A DNA stretch of 64,000 bases, taken from the human T2T-CHM13v2.0 reference genome, Homo sapiens. A model generated the notes under the pieces. The model made no database searches, was not told the DNA's origin, and was given only the letters and a program-made list of their open reading frames with translations. The stretch lies in assembly GCF_009914755.1 (NCBI RefSeq), contig NC_060925.1. One strand, given 5' to 3'. Shown one piece after another: positions 19,236 to 35,059 of this stretch (position 1 is its first letter; each line of letters begins with the position of its first letter). Both the position numbers and the translations under genes were made by a program.

Positions 19236-21405
19236 TGAGAGGAAGTCAAACTATCTGTTTGCAGACGACATGATTCCATATCTAGAAAACCCCATAGTCT
19301 CGGCCCCAAAGCTCCTTCAGCTGATAAACAACTTCAGCAAAGTTGCAGGATACAAAATCAATGTACAAAAATCACTAGCTTTCCTATACACCACCACCAA
19401 CAAAATGAAGGGCTAAATCAGAAAGGCAATCCCATTCACAACTGTCACAAAAAAATAAACAAAGTACCTAGGAAACAGCTAACCAAGGAGGTGAAAGATC
19501 TCTACAATGAGAATTACAAAACACTGCTCAAAGAAATCAGACACAAACAAATGAAAAAACACCCCATGCTCATGGACAGGAAGAATCAGTATCATTAAAA
19601 TGGTTACACTACCCAAAGCAATTTACAGATTAAATGCTATTCCTATCAAACTACCAATGACATTCTTCAAAGAACTAAAAAAATTATTTTAAATTTTATA
19701 TGGAACCAAAAAGAGGGCCCAAATAGCCAAGACAATCCTAAGCAAAAAGAAAAAAGCCAGAGAAATCACATTACCCAACTTGAAACTATACTACAAGGCT
19801 ACAGTGACCAAAACAGCATGGTACTTGTATAAAAACAGGCATATAGACCAATGGAACCGAATAGAGAGCCCAGAAATAAGGCCTCATATCTATGACCAAC
19901 TGATCTTTGACAAAGCTGACAAAAGCAATGAGGAAAAGACTCCCTATTCAATAAATGGTGCTGGGATAACTGGCTAGCCATATATAGAAGATTGAAGCTG
20001 AACCCCTTCCTTACATCGTACACAAAAATCAATTCAAGATGGATTAAAAACTTAAATGTAAAACCCAAAACCATAAAAACCCTGGAAGACAACCTCGGCA
20101 ATGCCATCCTGGACACAGCAAAGATTTCATGACAAAGAAACCAAAAGCGATTGCAACGAAAGCAAAACTTGACAAAAGGGATCTAATTAAACTTAAGAGC
20201 TTCTGCACAGAAAAATAAACTATCAACAGAAAATCTACAGAACGGGAGAGAATATCTGAAAACTATACATCTGACAAGCTCTAATATCCAGCATCTATAA
20301 GGAACTTAAACAGATCAACAAGCGAAAAACCACCCCATTAAAAAGTAGGCAAAGGACATGAAAAGACACTTTTCAAAAGAAGACATACATGTGGCCAAGA
20401 AGGATGAAAGAAAAGCTCAACATCACTGATCATTCGAGAAATGCAAATCAAATCCACAATAAGATACCATCTGACACCAGTCAACATGACCATTATGAAA
20501 AACTCAAACAAAATCAGATGCTGGTGAGGTTTCAGAGAAAAGGAAACCCTTATACACTGTTGGTGGGAGTGTAAATTAGTTCAACCATTGAGGAAAGCAG
20601 GATGGCAATTCCTCAAAGAGCTGAAAACAGAACTACCATTCAACCCAGTAATCTCATTACTGGGTATATACCCGGAGGAATATAAAGCATTTTACCCAAA
20701 GACACATGCATATGAATGTTCACTGCAGCACTGTTCATAATAGCAAAGACATGGAATTAACCTAAATGCTTATGAATGACAGAGGAGATAAAGAAAATGC
20801 AGTACACATACATCACAGAATATTATGGAGCCATTAAAAAGAATGAGATGCCTTTTATAGGAACATGGATAGAGCTGGAGGCTATCATCCTTAGCAAACA
20901 CACACAGGAACAGAAAACCAAATACCGTATGTTCTCACTTATAAGTGGGAGCTACATAAGAACTTATGAACACAAGGAAGGAAGCAACAGACACTGGAGT
21001 CTACTTGAGGGGGGAGGGTGGGAGCAGAAAAGATAATTATTGGGTATTGAGCTTAATACCTGAGTGATGTAATAATATGTACAACAAATCCCTATGGTAT
21101 GTGTTTATCAATGTAACAAACCTTCACATGTACCCATAAACCTAAAATAAAAATTTTTTAAAAGAAAAAATAAAGTGGGTAAACTGCATATATTTACTTC
21201 AGATACTATTTTGGGAGTAAAGGTTTAATTTAGTAAGCTTTGACTCAAAATATAAAATTAAAGTATTAGCATATTTTTATTCTAATTATATTCAGTGTTA
21301 AAGCAACAAACCAACAACATAAAATTGAAATGTAAACATAACATAGTCAAAGGAATTTTCTGGGACTATTTGTGGCCACATTTCTATTAAAATATTTACT
21401 AGGTA

Positions 21406-21460
21406 TTAGGTTACTACAAAAGTAATTGTGGTTTTGCCTATTACTTTTGCACCAAACTAA
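21406..21460. mobile_element. MADE1 (Hsmar1 MITE), internally deleted
   Basis: TA|ttaggttactacaaaagtaattgtggttttgcctattacttttgcaccaaactaa|TA matches MADE1 inverted repeats with TA TSD. Confidence 0.8.
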
Positions 21461-21789
21461 TATTTACTGTTTGGTAGGTGGTCTGGCAGTTTGATTATAG
21501 TGTTCATGCAATGAGAGCTTGACACTTTCCCAACACTTGCTTGTTTCTTTGACTTGCTGGAGAATGAAATTAATGACTTATTATTGGGTGTATTTATATT
21601 TTTTAAATAATTTGTTTTATTATTAAAACAATTGGGATAAACTTCATTAAAATTTACCTTTAATTAATAGTTTGCCTATGCACAAAATGTCCATTATATA
21701 GCTCATGAATGTCAAAAACTTTATCTGCTGTCATTTTAAGTACATACAACATCAGGCATGGTTTTGTTTTTTTCTTTCTTAAAGTTTTC

Positions 21790-21900
21790 TAGGCTTTGGT
21801 TCCCTGTCTGCGAAAAAGGAGTAACAACAGCACCTACCTCAAAGAGTTATTGTGACCAGTAAATAAGATAATACATATAAAGCATTTAGAATAATGCCCC
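21790..21900 (+). mobile_element. MIR fragment
   Basis: cacctacctcaaagagttattgtga...taaagcatttagaa. Confidence 0.65.
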
Positions 21901-22119
21901 AGTTTAAGGTAAACCCATATATATCTATATAAATATGTATAGATGTACCTGTAAAAACATCTACAATAAAGTTTAAATTTTAGTTCCTATATGATCCCCA
22001 AAGATTAACACTAGAGTCTAAGGACTCTAGTATAGTTTTCTATCTCTTAAACATATTTGTTCTCCATTTTAAATAAATATTTCAGTGCTTATATCTTTAA
22101 GTAGCAAATTCTTTTATAT

Positions 22120-22248
22120 CTTTTATTTTTTTAGAGCCAAGGTATCACTATGTTTCTGAGGCTGCACTAATTCCTGTATTCAAGTGATCCTCCCATCTCA
22201 GCCTTCTGAGTAGCTGGGACTACAGACACATGCTACCACACCCAGCAT
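22120..22248 (-). mobile_element. FLAM monomer
   Basis: Single monomer; TSD gtagcaaattctttt. Confidence 0.8.
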
Positions 22249-22332
22249 GTAGCAAATTCTTTTTCCATCGTTTTATTGATATTCAACATGCAAAAAAATT
22301 TAATCTTATAGAAGTATATAAAGTGAAAAGTA

Positions 22333-22665
22333 GGCCAGGCATGGTAGCTCATGCCTGTAATCCCAGGACTTTGGGAGGCTGAGGTGGGAGGATCACTTCA
22401 GCCCAGGAATTCAAGACCAAACTGGGCAATATAGTTAGACTCCATCTCTGCAAAAAAAAAAAAAAAAAAAAACCAAAAACAAACAAACAAAAAAACTTAA
22501 ATTAGCTGTACATGGTGGTATATGCTGGTAGTCCCTAGCTACTCAGGAGGCTGAGGCAGGAGAACCACTTAAGCCCAGAAGTTTGAGGCCGCAGGGAGCT
22601 ATGATCACGCTACTGCACCGCAGCTGGGTGACAGCAAGACCCTGTCTCTAAAAAAAATAAAATAA
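22333..22665 (+). mobile_element. AluJ with expanded A-rich linker
   Basis: Dimer with J-type diagnostics. Confidence 0.88.
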
Positions 22666-22689
22666 AGGGCTTAATTTCCCAAAATGAGA

Positions 22690-23620
22690 TCAATCTAAAC
22701 ATACTGACCTACACTTTATCTCATTTAATACACCATGAACAACTTTCCATATCATTCTTTTTATTGCTGGATAGTATTTCACTGTATGATATATCATTAT
22801 TTAACCATTCCCCTATTGAGATCCATTTAGATTGTTTCTAATTTTTCAGTAAAGCAAACAATGCTACATTGTAAACATGTACATAAATCTTCTAAAACCT
22901 GCAGACATTTTCAGAGTCCCAAAAATGGGACTGTTAGCTACTTAGCCCTAAAGAACAAAACCTGAGGCAAAGCTCCCAAGCTAAGGAATTCTTGGAAAGT
23001 AAAATCCCAGAATATGAAGGATGAGAGGAAAACGGGGGTGTGGCAGGAGTGGAGGAAAAGCAAACAAAAGATGGTACTGGCTTGAGTGACCTAGGTCACA
23101 TAGGATCTTTTCCAGTCAGGCTATGGACCAATGTAGCTCAGAACCAGCAGAAAAGGAAGAAAGAAAAAAGGAATCATCTGCCAGTCTTTTCCTATCTCCT
23201 GCCTATCCTTGGGCAAAGTTTGCCTCTTGAACTTCTGGGCTTGCTAGGTAATTCCTCCAAGCAATTACTGAGGATAGAGATTCTGCCACCTTTGTCCCCC
23301 ATGTCCTAAGCCCAGAAGCAGTAGGAGTCAAAGCCTCCATGAGTTTGGCTGGATAGGAGGTCCTGCTGACGCGGGTCCTCACACCAAAGGAGGCTAAGAA
23401 GGCCGCTGGTTTAAGGAGGCAAAGAAACTATATCCTAGAAGACTGCTGCCAATTTACACTCCACTAAAGATGCGTGACTGGGTTTATTTTCTCATGCTCT
23501 GCCAACAAGTCTTCTAATTCAATCTGTCAGATAAGAAGTAGTATATACTGTTTTATCTTACATTTCTTGATTATTAGTGAGGTTGAACATCTTTCTCTGT
23601 TTATTGGCATTTGTTATTTC
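22690..23620 (-). mobile_element. L1M fragment interrupted by ERVL-type LTR relic (LTR16/LTR33-like, ~22940-23430)
   Basis: L1M antisense motifs at 22750-22930 resume at ~23440; the insert begins with an LTR33-like aacctgaggcaaag...aatcccag. Confidence 0.5.
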
Positions 23621-26119
23621 TCCTGGAGACAGACTATTTTTACAAATGTCTCACCCTTCCATTATGAGTCTACAAGGTTCTGTTAATCTCGGTTCTGCCC
23701 TATTTCCAAAAATTACTTCAAGTTACCCCTAAATCAGATATTTAAGGCTATCAGTTAGCTTAACACCATAAAAATCTTTGCTGGTTATTCTTTCCATAGA
23801 TACCACAGAGGAAGACAAGGCAAAAACATGACAACTGCCTTATCCTAGTTTCCACAACTACATTTTGTAGGGTTAGGGAAACTTTGACATTTAAGAAAAA
23901 TTTGCAATTCCACCCAGTTTTCCATATGTCCTCAACTTGTGGCTAGAATGCTTCAGTATCAAACAGAACACCTGCTTGCCATCACCTCTATCTATACACC
24001 AACCAAGCTGCACTGCCAGTGCTCAAATTTATTTTATTACTACAGGGTTTTGACCATAAGATAACCATGTTTAATAATATATAGTCCTTTTCCATAAACA
24101 GATACACATTGAGAAATTCAGACCCAAATCTGTAATAGCATCTTCTATTTTTCCTCTTAGGCTCTTTTTACCTGTCAAGAATTACCCTGATTGTTTTTTT
24201 AGATTTGATTCTGCATTGTATGCAAAGTTCAACCCATCCCCTAACTCTCCCCCTTTTCATCTTTGCCATACTCCAAGAATTCAAAGTCCAACAAACATTG
24301 GTAGTTTTGAAAGTAAAGCTGTAAAGTTAGTAATATTTTTGGTCTTGAATTAGAAATTGTGTCAAATAACTAGAAGTCGTATTTCACATGCTTTGTAAAG
24401 AAAATAAAATTCCACTGCCTCTAGAAGAAGGATACTCTATAGTGAGCCTGAAAACAATATAGTAATTCTACAGAGTTTTAAATCTAGGCCTTTAAAAACA
24501 TTTTCAAAAACTGAATTCATTTTCAACTTGGTTAATAAAATCTAATTCATGCAACTGACAGATTCAATATAGATGAAGAAAATAATTTTCCAACTCTAAA
24601 TTAAAGGAATATGAGTTAGACAACTAAATTGATCCCGTAAGAATCGAGGTTTGCCATGGTACAGCCACATTAAGGGAAATGTATTAATGTTTCCCTGTGA
24701 ATAATTTCTCTATAATTTCAACCTGGTCATTTATTCACCATAGCCTACCATGTGCAGGTTAACATTCACTAATATCCTCAGCAACACTAACATTGCATCC
24801 CGTTTATTTTTTGGTGGCATATTAATAAAATACTTGCCTCAGTTAAGTATCATATTTGATATAAAATTTATACTTGCATTGCACTCTACAGTTTACAAAT
24901 TTGTTTTCTACATATATAATTTCAATGAATTACAATCTTCCTTCACAACTTTAAAGCATAATACACTACTAATCTCCAAAAGCAAATTATGTCAAATATA
25001 ATAAATAAGATTTTAACAATAAAAGACTAACACAAATAGAAAGAAATTAACCTATTGTTCCCTTCTTACCTTGCTCCAAAACAATTCCACATTAACATTG
25101 TTGGTTCATTTTTCCAATTTAAGCTGTTAAAAAATGCATGCTAAATTTCCCTATATCGTATTTCAATCAATTGCCTAAGCTGAGACTAGTGTCACAAATA
25201 AAGCATAGGATCATAAATTTCTCAGAAGACATAAAATCAAAGACACCCAACACCTAAACATAAAGATAAAAAACAGCAAAAAAAATACCCACAAGAACCA
25301 TGAAGCTATATGAAATTCCAGCTGATCAGCTGGTTAAACAGTCTATTCTGAACAGACTTAGTCTTTACTCTCTAAACTGATATTAAGATTACAACCATGT
25401 ACCAGAATCATCTTGGTCTAGTCTTTTCATTTTATGTTTTCTTATAAATTATGGTGCTATAGGAAAAAAGTCAATCGCCTTTCAGATGTTTAACTGCAAA
25501 AGCACTACTTAGAATAGCAATGAACTGAGTTATTTAAATACAGGACTCTGCATGAAATGAGGGCTATCTGCAAAACAGCACATACTTAAACTACGGTATA
25601 TATTACAATATTTCAAACAGTGCCTAGAAGATCTCAAGCCTCCCATGATTCTATGATCACACAGTTGACAAGGAACTCTAGAATACAGAAAAATCTTTGC
25701 TAAACACCTAGAAAAGACAACACCACAGTTTTAACTATTTGCGTACCAACAAGTGCTACATCCACATTTCATCATATCCGGGCATTAAGAGGTCACTTTG
25801 TTTGTGCTCACAAAAAGTATTTTTTTAAATAAAGTTAAATTGAATTGATTTTTTAAAGCACATAATTAAAATGGTATTTGAGACCAAATGCCACTGTGTG
25901 AAGATAGGTAAAAATAATTGACTGCTCAATTTCTTTGATGAAATAAATCCGTCTCTTAAAGAAAAATATTCTGTTTTCTAAAGTTTCAGAACTTTTTGTA
26001 TTAACCTGTGAATATAACATAAATAGAAATTTGCAACTTAAGAATTTGTTCTTCTGTTCTTTTTGCAATTGATATTTCTTTGCTCCTAAGTAACGCAAAT
26101 AATTGAAAGTTTATCTGTT

Positions 26120-26420
26120 GGCCAGGTGCAGTGGCTCACTCTTGTAATCCCAGCACTTTGGGAGGCTGAGGTGGGCAGATCTCTTAAGCCCAGGAGTTCA
26201 AGACCAACCTGGACAACACGGCAAAACCATGTCTCTACAAAAAAATACGAAAATTAGCCAGGCGTGGTAGCATGTGGCTGTAGTACCAGCTACTCGAGAA
26301 GCTGAGGTGGGAGGATCACCTGAGACTGGAGAGGTCAAGGCTGCAATGAGACATCATTGTGCCACTGCACTCCAGCCTGGGCAACACAGAGTGAGATTTT
26401 AAGGAAAAAAAAAAAAAAAA
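26120..26420 (+). mobile_element. AluJ
   Basis: Dimer; TSD aaagtttatctgt. Confidence 0.88.
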
Positions 26421-26447
26421 GTTTATCTGTCAACTTGGAAGGAGATA

Positions 26448-26799
26448 TGAATTAGTCTGTTTTCATGCTGCTGATAAAAACATACCTGAGACTGGGGAGA
26501 AAAAGAGGTTTAATTGGACTTACAGTTCCACATGGCTGGGGAGGCCTCAAAATCATGGTGGGGGGCAAAAGGCACTTCTTACATGGTGACGGCAAGAGAA
26601 AAATGAAGAAGCAAAAGCGGATACCCCTGATAAGCCCAACAGATCTTGTGAGACTTATTCAGTATCTCGAGAATAGCATGGGAGAGACCAGCCCCCATGA
26701 TTCAATTACCTCCCCCTGGGTCCCTCCCACAACACATGGGAATTCTGGGAGATACAATTCAAATTAAGATTTGGGTGGGGACACAGCCACACCATATCA
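26448..26799 (-). mobile_element. THE1 (THE1C-like) MaLR solo LTR
   Basis: attagtctgttttcatgctgctgataaa...gatttgggtggggacacagcc..accatatca; about 350 bp. Confidence 0.88.
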
Positions 26800-28170
26800 A
26801 GAAAACTGGCACTTTACTCTTTCCCAATAGGTGTAAGGTAATAAAATTTAAAATTCCAGATTTTATTTAAGCATAAAAATGATCAAACAAAAACCAAGTA
26901 TGGTTGGTATAGCAAATTATTCAAAATACATGGTCTTATGCCTCAGCAGAGGTTTATACCAATGAGTTTCCTCAAAAATCTCTCTCCCACACATGCATGC
27001 AGATATTTATAAACAAAGAAAAATGTTCCTATCTCTAATGACTAAAGTTATTCACTTAATGATATTATTTCTAAGGTGCTGAAATTTTAGGAACATAGGT
27101 ACGTATAGGGCAAGGCCAGACCTGAGGAGCTCCAAAATATCTTTGCTCTATCTTGGTCAGTCCCACTATAGTGTCAAACCCCTCCTTTAAGTTAAGGTAT
27201 CCTCTGCTGGGCCCATTTGGGAACCAAATTTGTTAACTCTCCATTACTTCACTATTCAAGAGTTGATGTGTAACGTTTAGGTGATGTGTGGCAAAAAATT
27301 ATACTATGAATGAATGGCACACACTTTATTGGTAAACAAGAATGGCTCAGAGTATCAGAGGACAACAGTATTGTGATTTAGGGTAGATGTAGCTGAAGTA
27401 CTTCATCAGGCATTCCTGGAAACTCTGGATAATAAAGCCAGAGGGTAGTTGTTGGTCTAGAGAGAAACTTCCCCAATTTAAATTTCCATGGAAGACACTA
27501 CAAACACAAAGGCAGGCTGGGTGGTTGTGTGTGTGCGGGGGTGCGGGTGTGTATATCATCAATAACGATTAAAAAATTAATAAAATCTAAATCAGTTTTT
27601 CAAAATCATAGTCCAATAATACAGTAATTGAACTGGATGATTTCATGTTACACTGATCAGCAGGAATGCTAAAGAAAAAAGCTAAAAGCTGAGTAATTTG
27701 GTATCCTGAGTTTACCAGGAAAAACACATTCTAAAGTACTTTAATTCTTTAAAAATTTAAGAAGATGACATATAATTAATCATTATTATTATTGTAAGAC
27801 TTCAGCAAGAAACAGCATTAGTTTATGCTAAGTAATACAGCCTGAAGAGGTTCAATAAATCTTAGCTGAACTGAATCTCAAGGGACAAATTAACATAGTC
27901 ACCCCCTAGTTTTTCAACACAAATAGATATGAAAACAAAGACTATACAGTACTTGGAAGTATAGGAATCTAGTAGAATACTACTGAACAAAAGCATAGAA
28001 TAATTCCATAGAATAAAACATATACAAGTGAAATGCTCCATGGACTATAAAAATTTGTATGTAGAAAAAGCAGAAAGATTAAGATAGTGGTAAAAATGAT
28101 TTAATCAGCTATTGTATAAATATTAGATATTTTAAACATTTAGTCTCTCAATATGTAAAACTTTTACACG

Positions 28171-28583
<413 letters not shown>

Positions 28584-29519
28584 TTAAGAATTTCAAAAAC
28601 TGTAAAAAGAGATAAATTGTCCACACATTTTAAAAAATTGAGGCAATATAGATAGGATTGTTTGGAATACAAGTCAGTAATATATGTATATACAATTTTG
28701 CTGTTTTTCAGCTTTTTACTGTGTCTAAGTTATTGCTAATACCATCAAACTCCCTTTGCTATAGTTACTGATATTGAATGGTACATAATAACAGTAGCAC
28801 AGAGAGATTAAACCCACACATATGCACATATACACACACACATAAACATACAAATGAAACCATCACCACCACCAAAATAAGTTCTGGATTCACTTGATTA
28901 AAATATTTCTTATAACCTTTTACTTGTACTAAAAAGTAACGTCTATATTAACACCTGTATATATATGTACATACATACACACACCCATAGTCAATCTTAT
29001 ACATAATAGGGTTAAAATTATGAAATTATAATATTCATTCCATGTTGAGATTTTGCCTCCCTGTAAATCTAAAAGTAGTATTTCAAAATACTTCCAAAGA
29101 CTACCAATTCTTACTGAATTAAAGACCACTTTTCTATTCATTTACAATTTCCAATTTATTCATAATTCTGCTAATATTCACTTATACGCAGGGAGAAATA
29201 CAAGAAGAGATAGCACTATGTTGTCAAGGTAGCACAGAAAGCTATAAAGCCATCCTGAAACACATCTGGAGTATATTGCTCTTTAAAAAGTTATAAAATG
29301 AGAGGTATATTAGAATAGCTTAAATATAGGTGAAATTCATACTTGCTTTTAAAAGGGTATGCAGCCCTAGAAAAGAGCACCAGCCTCCAATAAAATATGG
29401 CCAAATAGCTGATATTTAAAGAAATACAACATAAAACATAAAATATATCTGAAAAGCTAAAAAAAAAAATCTTCTAAAATGTGTAATGTCATGTGGAGAA
29501 AATAATTCAGGTATCTAAG

Positions 29520-29660
29520 TTAAGCAAGCCTAGGCCTGAAATTTTGCTTTTGGACATTCTGGCTATGGGCTGGGTTACTTAACCTCTCTGATCCTTAGCT
29601 TCCTCATCTGTAAGAGGGGAATTATTTTCTCTACAAGACTGTTAAAAGGACTAATTGAGA
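29520..29660 (+). mobile_element. MIR fragment
   Basis: ttacttaacctctctg...cttcctcatctgtaa. Confidence 0.65.
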
Positions 29661-30159
29661 CTAATAGAATCTTTCTGACTTTTTACCTAAAAACTTTTTA
29701 GCTATCGAATATATTAGAATAGAAATAATACATTCATTAAGTCTGTGTTATATAATTTCACCTACTTTTGTACCAGTGTATTTTTAAAACAAATGGAGAA
29801 TAAAAAAATATCCTCCTTCACTGGATTTCAAATCCAAATCAACAGACTTTCAGGATCTACATTTAAAATGATCCAGTGTTGTCTCCCTATAATTTACTGT
29901 CCAACTGGGACATTTTCTACATGTCCCTTTCAGGGATTCTTTCAGGCTTTTTGTGGAGAGGAAAGGAGTTGAAGTTAACATGTATATAGAAAAATGTACA
30001 TATTTTAAGTGGGTTTTCACAAACTGAATAAATATGAAATCAACACCCAGATTTAAAAATCCATTAAGCCAGCATCCAGATCAAGAAATAGAATATTACC
30101 AGCATTCAAACTGAGATAGTTTTGACAGTGAAAGGTGGTGCTATTTTAACAGCCTAAAT

Positions 30160-30825
<666 letters not shown>

Positions 30826-31265
30826 AAAATAAAGTAAAATGACCTAGTGTTTACCATATGATGGAAAATGCTATAACACCTAGAAAGAGTTGGTGCGGCA
30901 CTTTTCATTTTCCCTTTTACTTAAATCAACAACATGGATTATTAAGAGTTTCACTAAATTTGTTATTGAATATATTAAAATTCAACCTAAGGAAAAACGG
31001 GACAACTGGAAGATAACATTTATCATGTCTAGGCACTCAGGTATATATTATGGCTAGGGGAAAATAGCAAAACAAACAACTATCACATACCAAAATCTGA
31101 ATCTGGTTCCAATGCAACCCAATCCCACCAATACCAATGAAAAGACTAGAAGTTTATCCCCAGGTAAAATCATTTGAGATCTCTGATGCAAAACTATGGT
31201 GTTATTTAAAGATGGAATGTGAAGCCAAAAAGCATTCACACGTTCTGTTTAAGTTATATCATTAA

Positions 31266-31393
31266 CTCATTTATGCCGGAGGTTGAAAATTTTTTTTGTG
31301 AAAATCAGACCTTGGCAATGACCTTGAGCAGTAGGATGTAAATAACTCCCACAAGCTTTGCATTCCAATAATGGAACACTAAGCATAAATGGG
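31266..31393 (-). mobile_element. MER85 (piggyBac PGBD3-derived MITE)
   Basis: TTAA TSDs (31262-65, 31394-97), TIRs cccatttatgc/gcataaatgag, internal gttccattattggaa palindrome and tgctcaaggtcattgccaaggtctgatt. Confidence 0.9.
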
Positions 31394-31487
31394 TTAAATT
31401 TTTTTTTTTTAAAAAAAGAATGAAGTTGTCACTCAAAGGGTTTTGCCTATGCACACATATAGGCTAATACAATGCTTCTTTTCCTTA

Positions 31488-31874
<387 letters not shown>

Positions 31875-32009
31875 TCAAAAACAACACAAGTACATGGATG
31901 GAAGAAATGTGAAAATATCCAATGAATATATCAGATTATATATCTATTAACCAGTTCCCCTCTGAAGCTAACCAAAACATTACACAATATAATGCTTTGT
32001 ATAACATTA

Positions 32010-32308
32010 TACCCCCTTATCCATGGGGTATGTATTCTAAGACCCCTAGTAGATGCCTGAAACTGTAGACACTACAGAGCCCTATATACACTATGTTTTT
32101 TCCTATACAGGAACAGGTAATGGATACATCTTGACAAAGGGATGTATGGAGTGGGACAGGAGAGATTTTATCACAACAGGGCATGCAATTTAAAACTTAT
32201 CAATTGGTTACTTCTGGAATTTTCCACTTAATATTTTTGGACCACCGTTGACCTCAGGTGACTGAAACCCCTCAGAAAGCAAAACTATAGATCAGGGAGG
32301 ACTGCTAT
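32010..32308 (-). mobile_element. MER44A-like (Tigger7 derivative)
   Basis: TIR-like cccccttatcc ... gatcagggaggactg; aatatttttggaccaccgttgacc. Confidence 0.75.
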
Positions 32309-32865
32309 ACATTTTTAAACCACAAACAGGGACCACTAACAAACACATACACACATATAAGAGCATACACACAAGCATTAAGAATCCTACAGTTCCTAAA
32401 TATTGCATAACTCTTTATAAAGTCAGTAGGATAGACCATTAAATGTTTTTAATAACACACCATGCTTTTCTGTACTGAAAATTACCTCTATATGGAGGTT
32501 AATAAATTTGGCCCAAAATATAATCAATCTCTGTTCCTAGTAACAAAACATGTCATAACAGAGTTTATCATTAGAACGAATTTTTTTTTCAGTAGAAAAA
32601 ATAATCTCCTTATAATTTAAAAAACAGATAAAATGCAGTTCTAGTTCTTAATTCCCAACTAATACACACAGGTTACTTTTTTACTAAAATAAGTCAGAAA
32701 TGTTTTATTAAAATCAGGAAAGAAACTATTTCTAGATTATTTCTTTTAGCTATAGCTTTAACATCATAATTCAATTAATCTACTAAAATGTGTAACTGTT
32801 GTATCTGCAAAAAGCTTATTCTGCTCTAATGCACAAATAAGAAGTCTTAAAAAAGTCTTCTGCAA

Positions 32866-32995
32866 GCTGGGCAAGGCAGTGTGCACCTGTAGTCCCAGCT
32901 ACTTGGAAGGATGAGGCAGGAGGATAACTTGAGCCCAGGAGTTCAGGTCTAGCCTAGGCAACATAGTGAGACTCCATCTCTTTAAAAAAAAAAAA
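32866..32995 (+). mobile_element. FLAM_A-like monomer
   Basis: Monomer with A tail; degenerate TSD tcttctgcaa/tcttttgcaa. Confidence 0.8.
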
Positions 32996-33410
32996 TTCTT
33001 TTGCAAAAGAAAATTTTAGTTGCACAGGATACTAATTTTCTCTAAATTTTCTAATAAATTTAGATCACCATATGATGCTTATTTTTCTTAACTTACATGG
33101 ATTGAATAAGAAAACAAAGTCATTTTTAGTTCTAATCTATTATCCCAAAAGTACATCATTTTGGGATGTAAAGATAATAAGATTATCTTTATTGAAATTA
33201 TTATAATTTTACATTAAAATGTATTTTTATTTATTAAGTACAGCTAAAAAATAATTTCTAATCTTATAGTTTTTATTGTGTGTCTATTAGAGAAATACAC
33301 AAAATAAGCATAATTGAAGTGTATTTAGTTTCACAGAAAAATCAGTAACTTTAAACTGTGAAACACTGCCCTCTATAGTCCACTGAATTAAACAACAATT
33401 CAATTTATAA

Positions 33411-34150
<740 letters not shown>

Positions 34151-34179
34151 AATATTCATCAATCTCATTTAAAGCCTCT

Positions 34180-34705
34180 TCTCTAAAGAAATCAATACTT
34201 GCATGCTTATTGCAGCACTATTCACAATGGCAAAGATAAAAAGTCAACCTAAATGTCTATCACGGATGAATGAATAAATAAAATGTGGTATATATACACA
34301 ATGAAATATTACGCAGCTATAAAAAAGAATGAAATGTTATTTGCAGCAACATGGATGGAACTTGAGGTCATTATCTTAAGTGAAATAAGCCAGACACAAA
34401 AAGACAAATATCACTTGTTCTCATTTATATATATGAGCTAAAAAATTTGATCACATGGAGGTAGAGAGTGGAAAGACACATAACAGAGACTGGGAGGGGC
34501 AAGTAGGGGGAAGAGGGGAAAATGAAGAGAAGTGGGTTAAAGGGTATAAACATACAGTAAGAAAGAAGGAATAAATTCAATGTTTGATAGCAGAGTAGAG
34601 GGACTACACTTGACAAAAATGTACAGATACCCGAAATGCCCTGATTTGATCAGTACAGCACTATATACATGTAACAAAATTTCACAGGTACCCCATATAT
34701 TTGTA
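34180..34705 (+). mobile_element. L1MA 3' end
   Basis: tttgcagcaacatggatggaacttgaggtcattatcttaagtgaaataagccag. Confidence 0.85.
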
Positions 34706-34724
34706 GGAAAATACAAGCAGTATG

Positions 34725-35015
34725 GCAGGTACGCCTGTAATCCCAGCACTTTGAGGCGGAGGCGGGTGGATTGCTTGAGTCCAGGAGTTCGAGACTGGCC
34801 TGGGCAACATGGCGAAACCCTGTCCCTATTAAAAATACAAAAAACTAGCTGGGTGTGGTGACACGCACCTGTAGTCCCAGGTATTCAGGAGGCTGAGGTG
34901 GGAGGATGGCTTGAGCCCCGAAGGCAGAGGGTTCAGTGAGCAGAGATCGCACCACTGCACTCCAGCCTGGGTGATAGAGCCAGACCCTGTCTCAAAACCA
35001 AAGAAAAAAAGAAAA
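34725..35015 (+). mobile_element. AluJ, 5' degenerate
   Basis: Dimer; TSD aaaatacaagcag. Confidence 0.85.
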
Positions 35016-35059
35016 TACAAGCAGAAAATACAAGCAGTCTGATAGTACTGGAATCTAAA

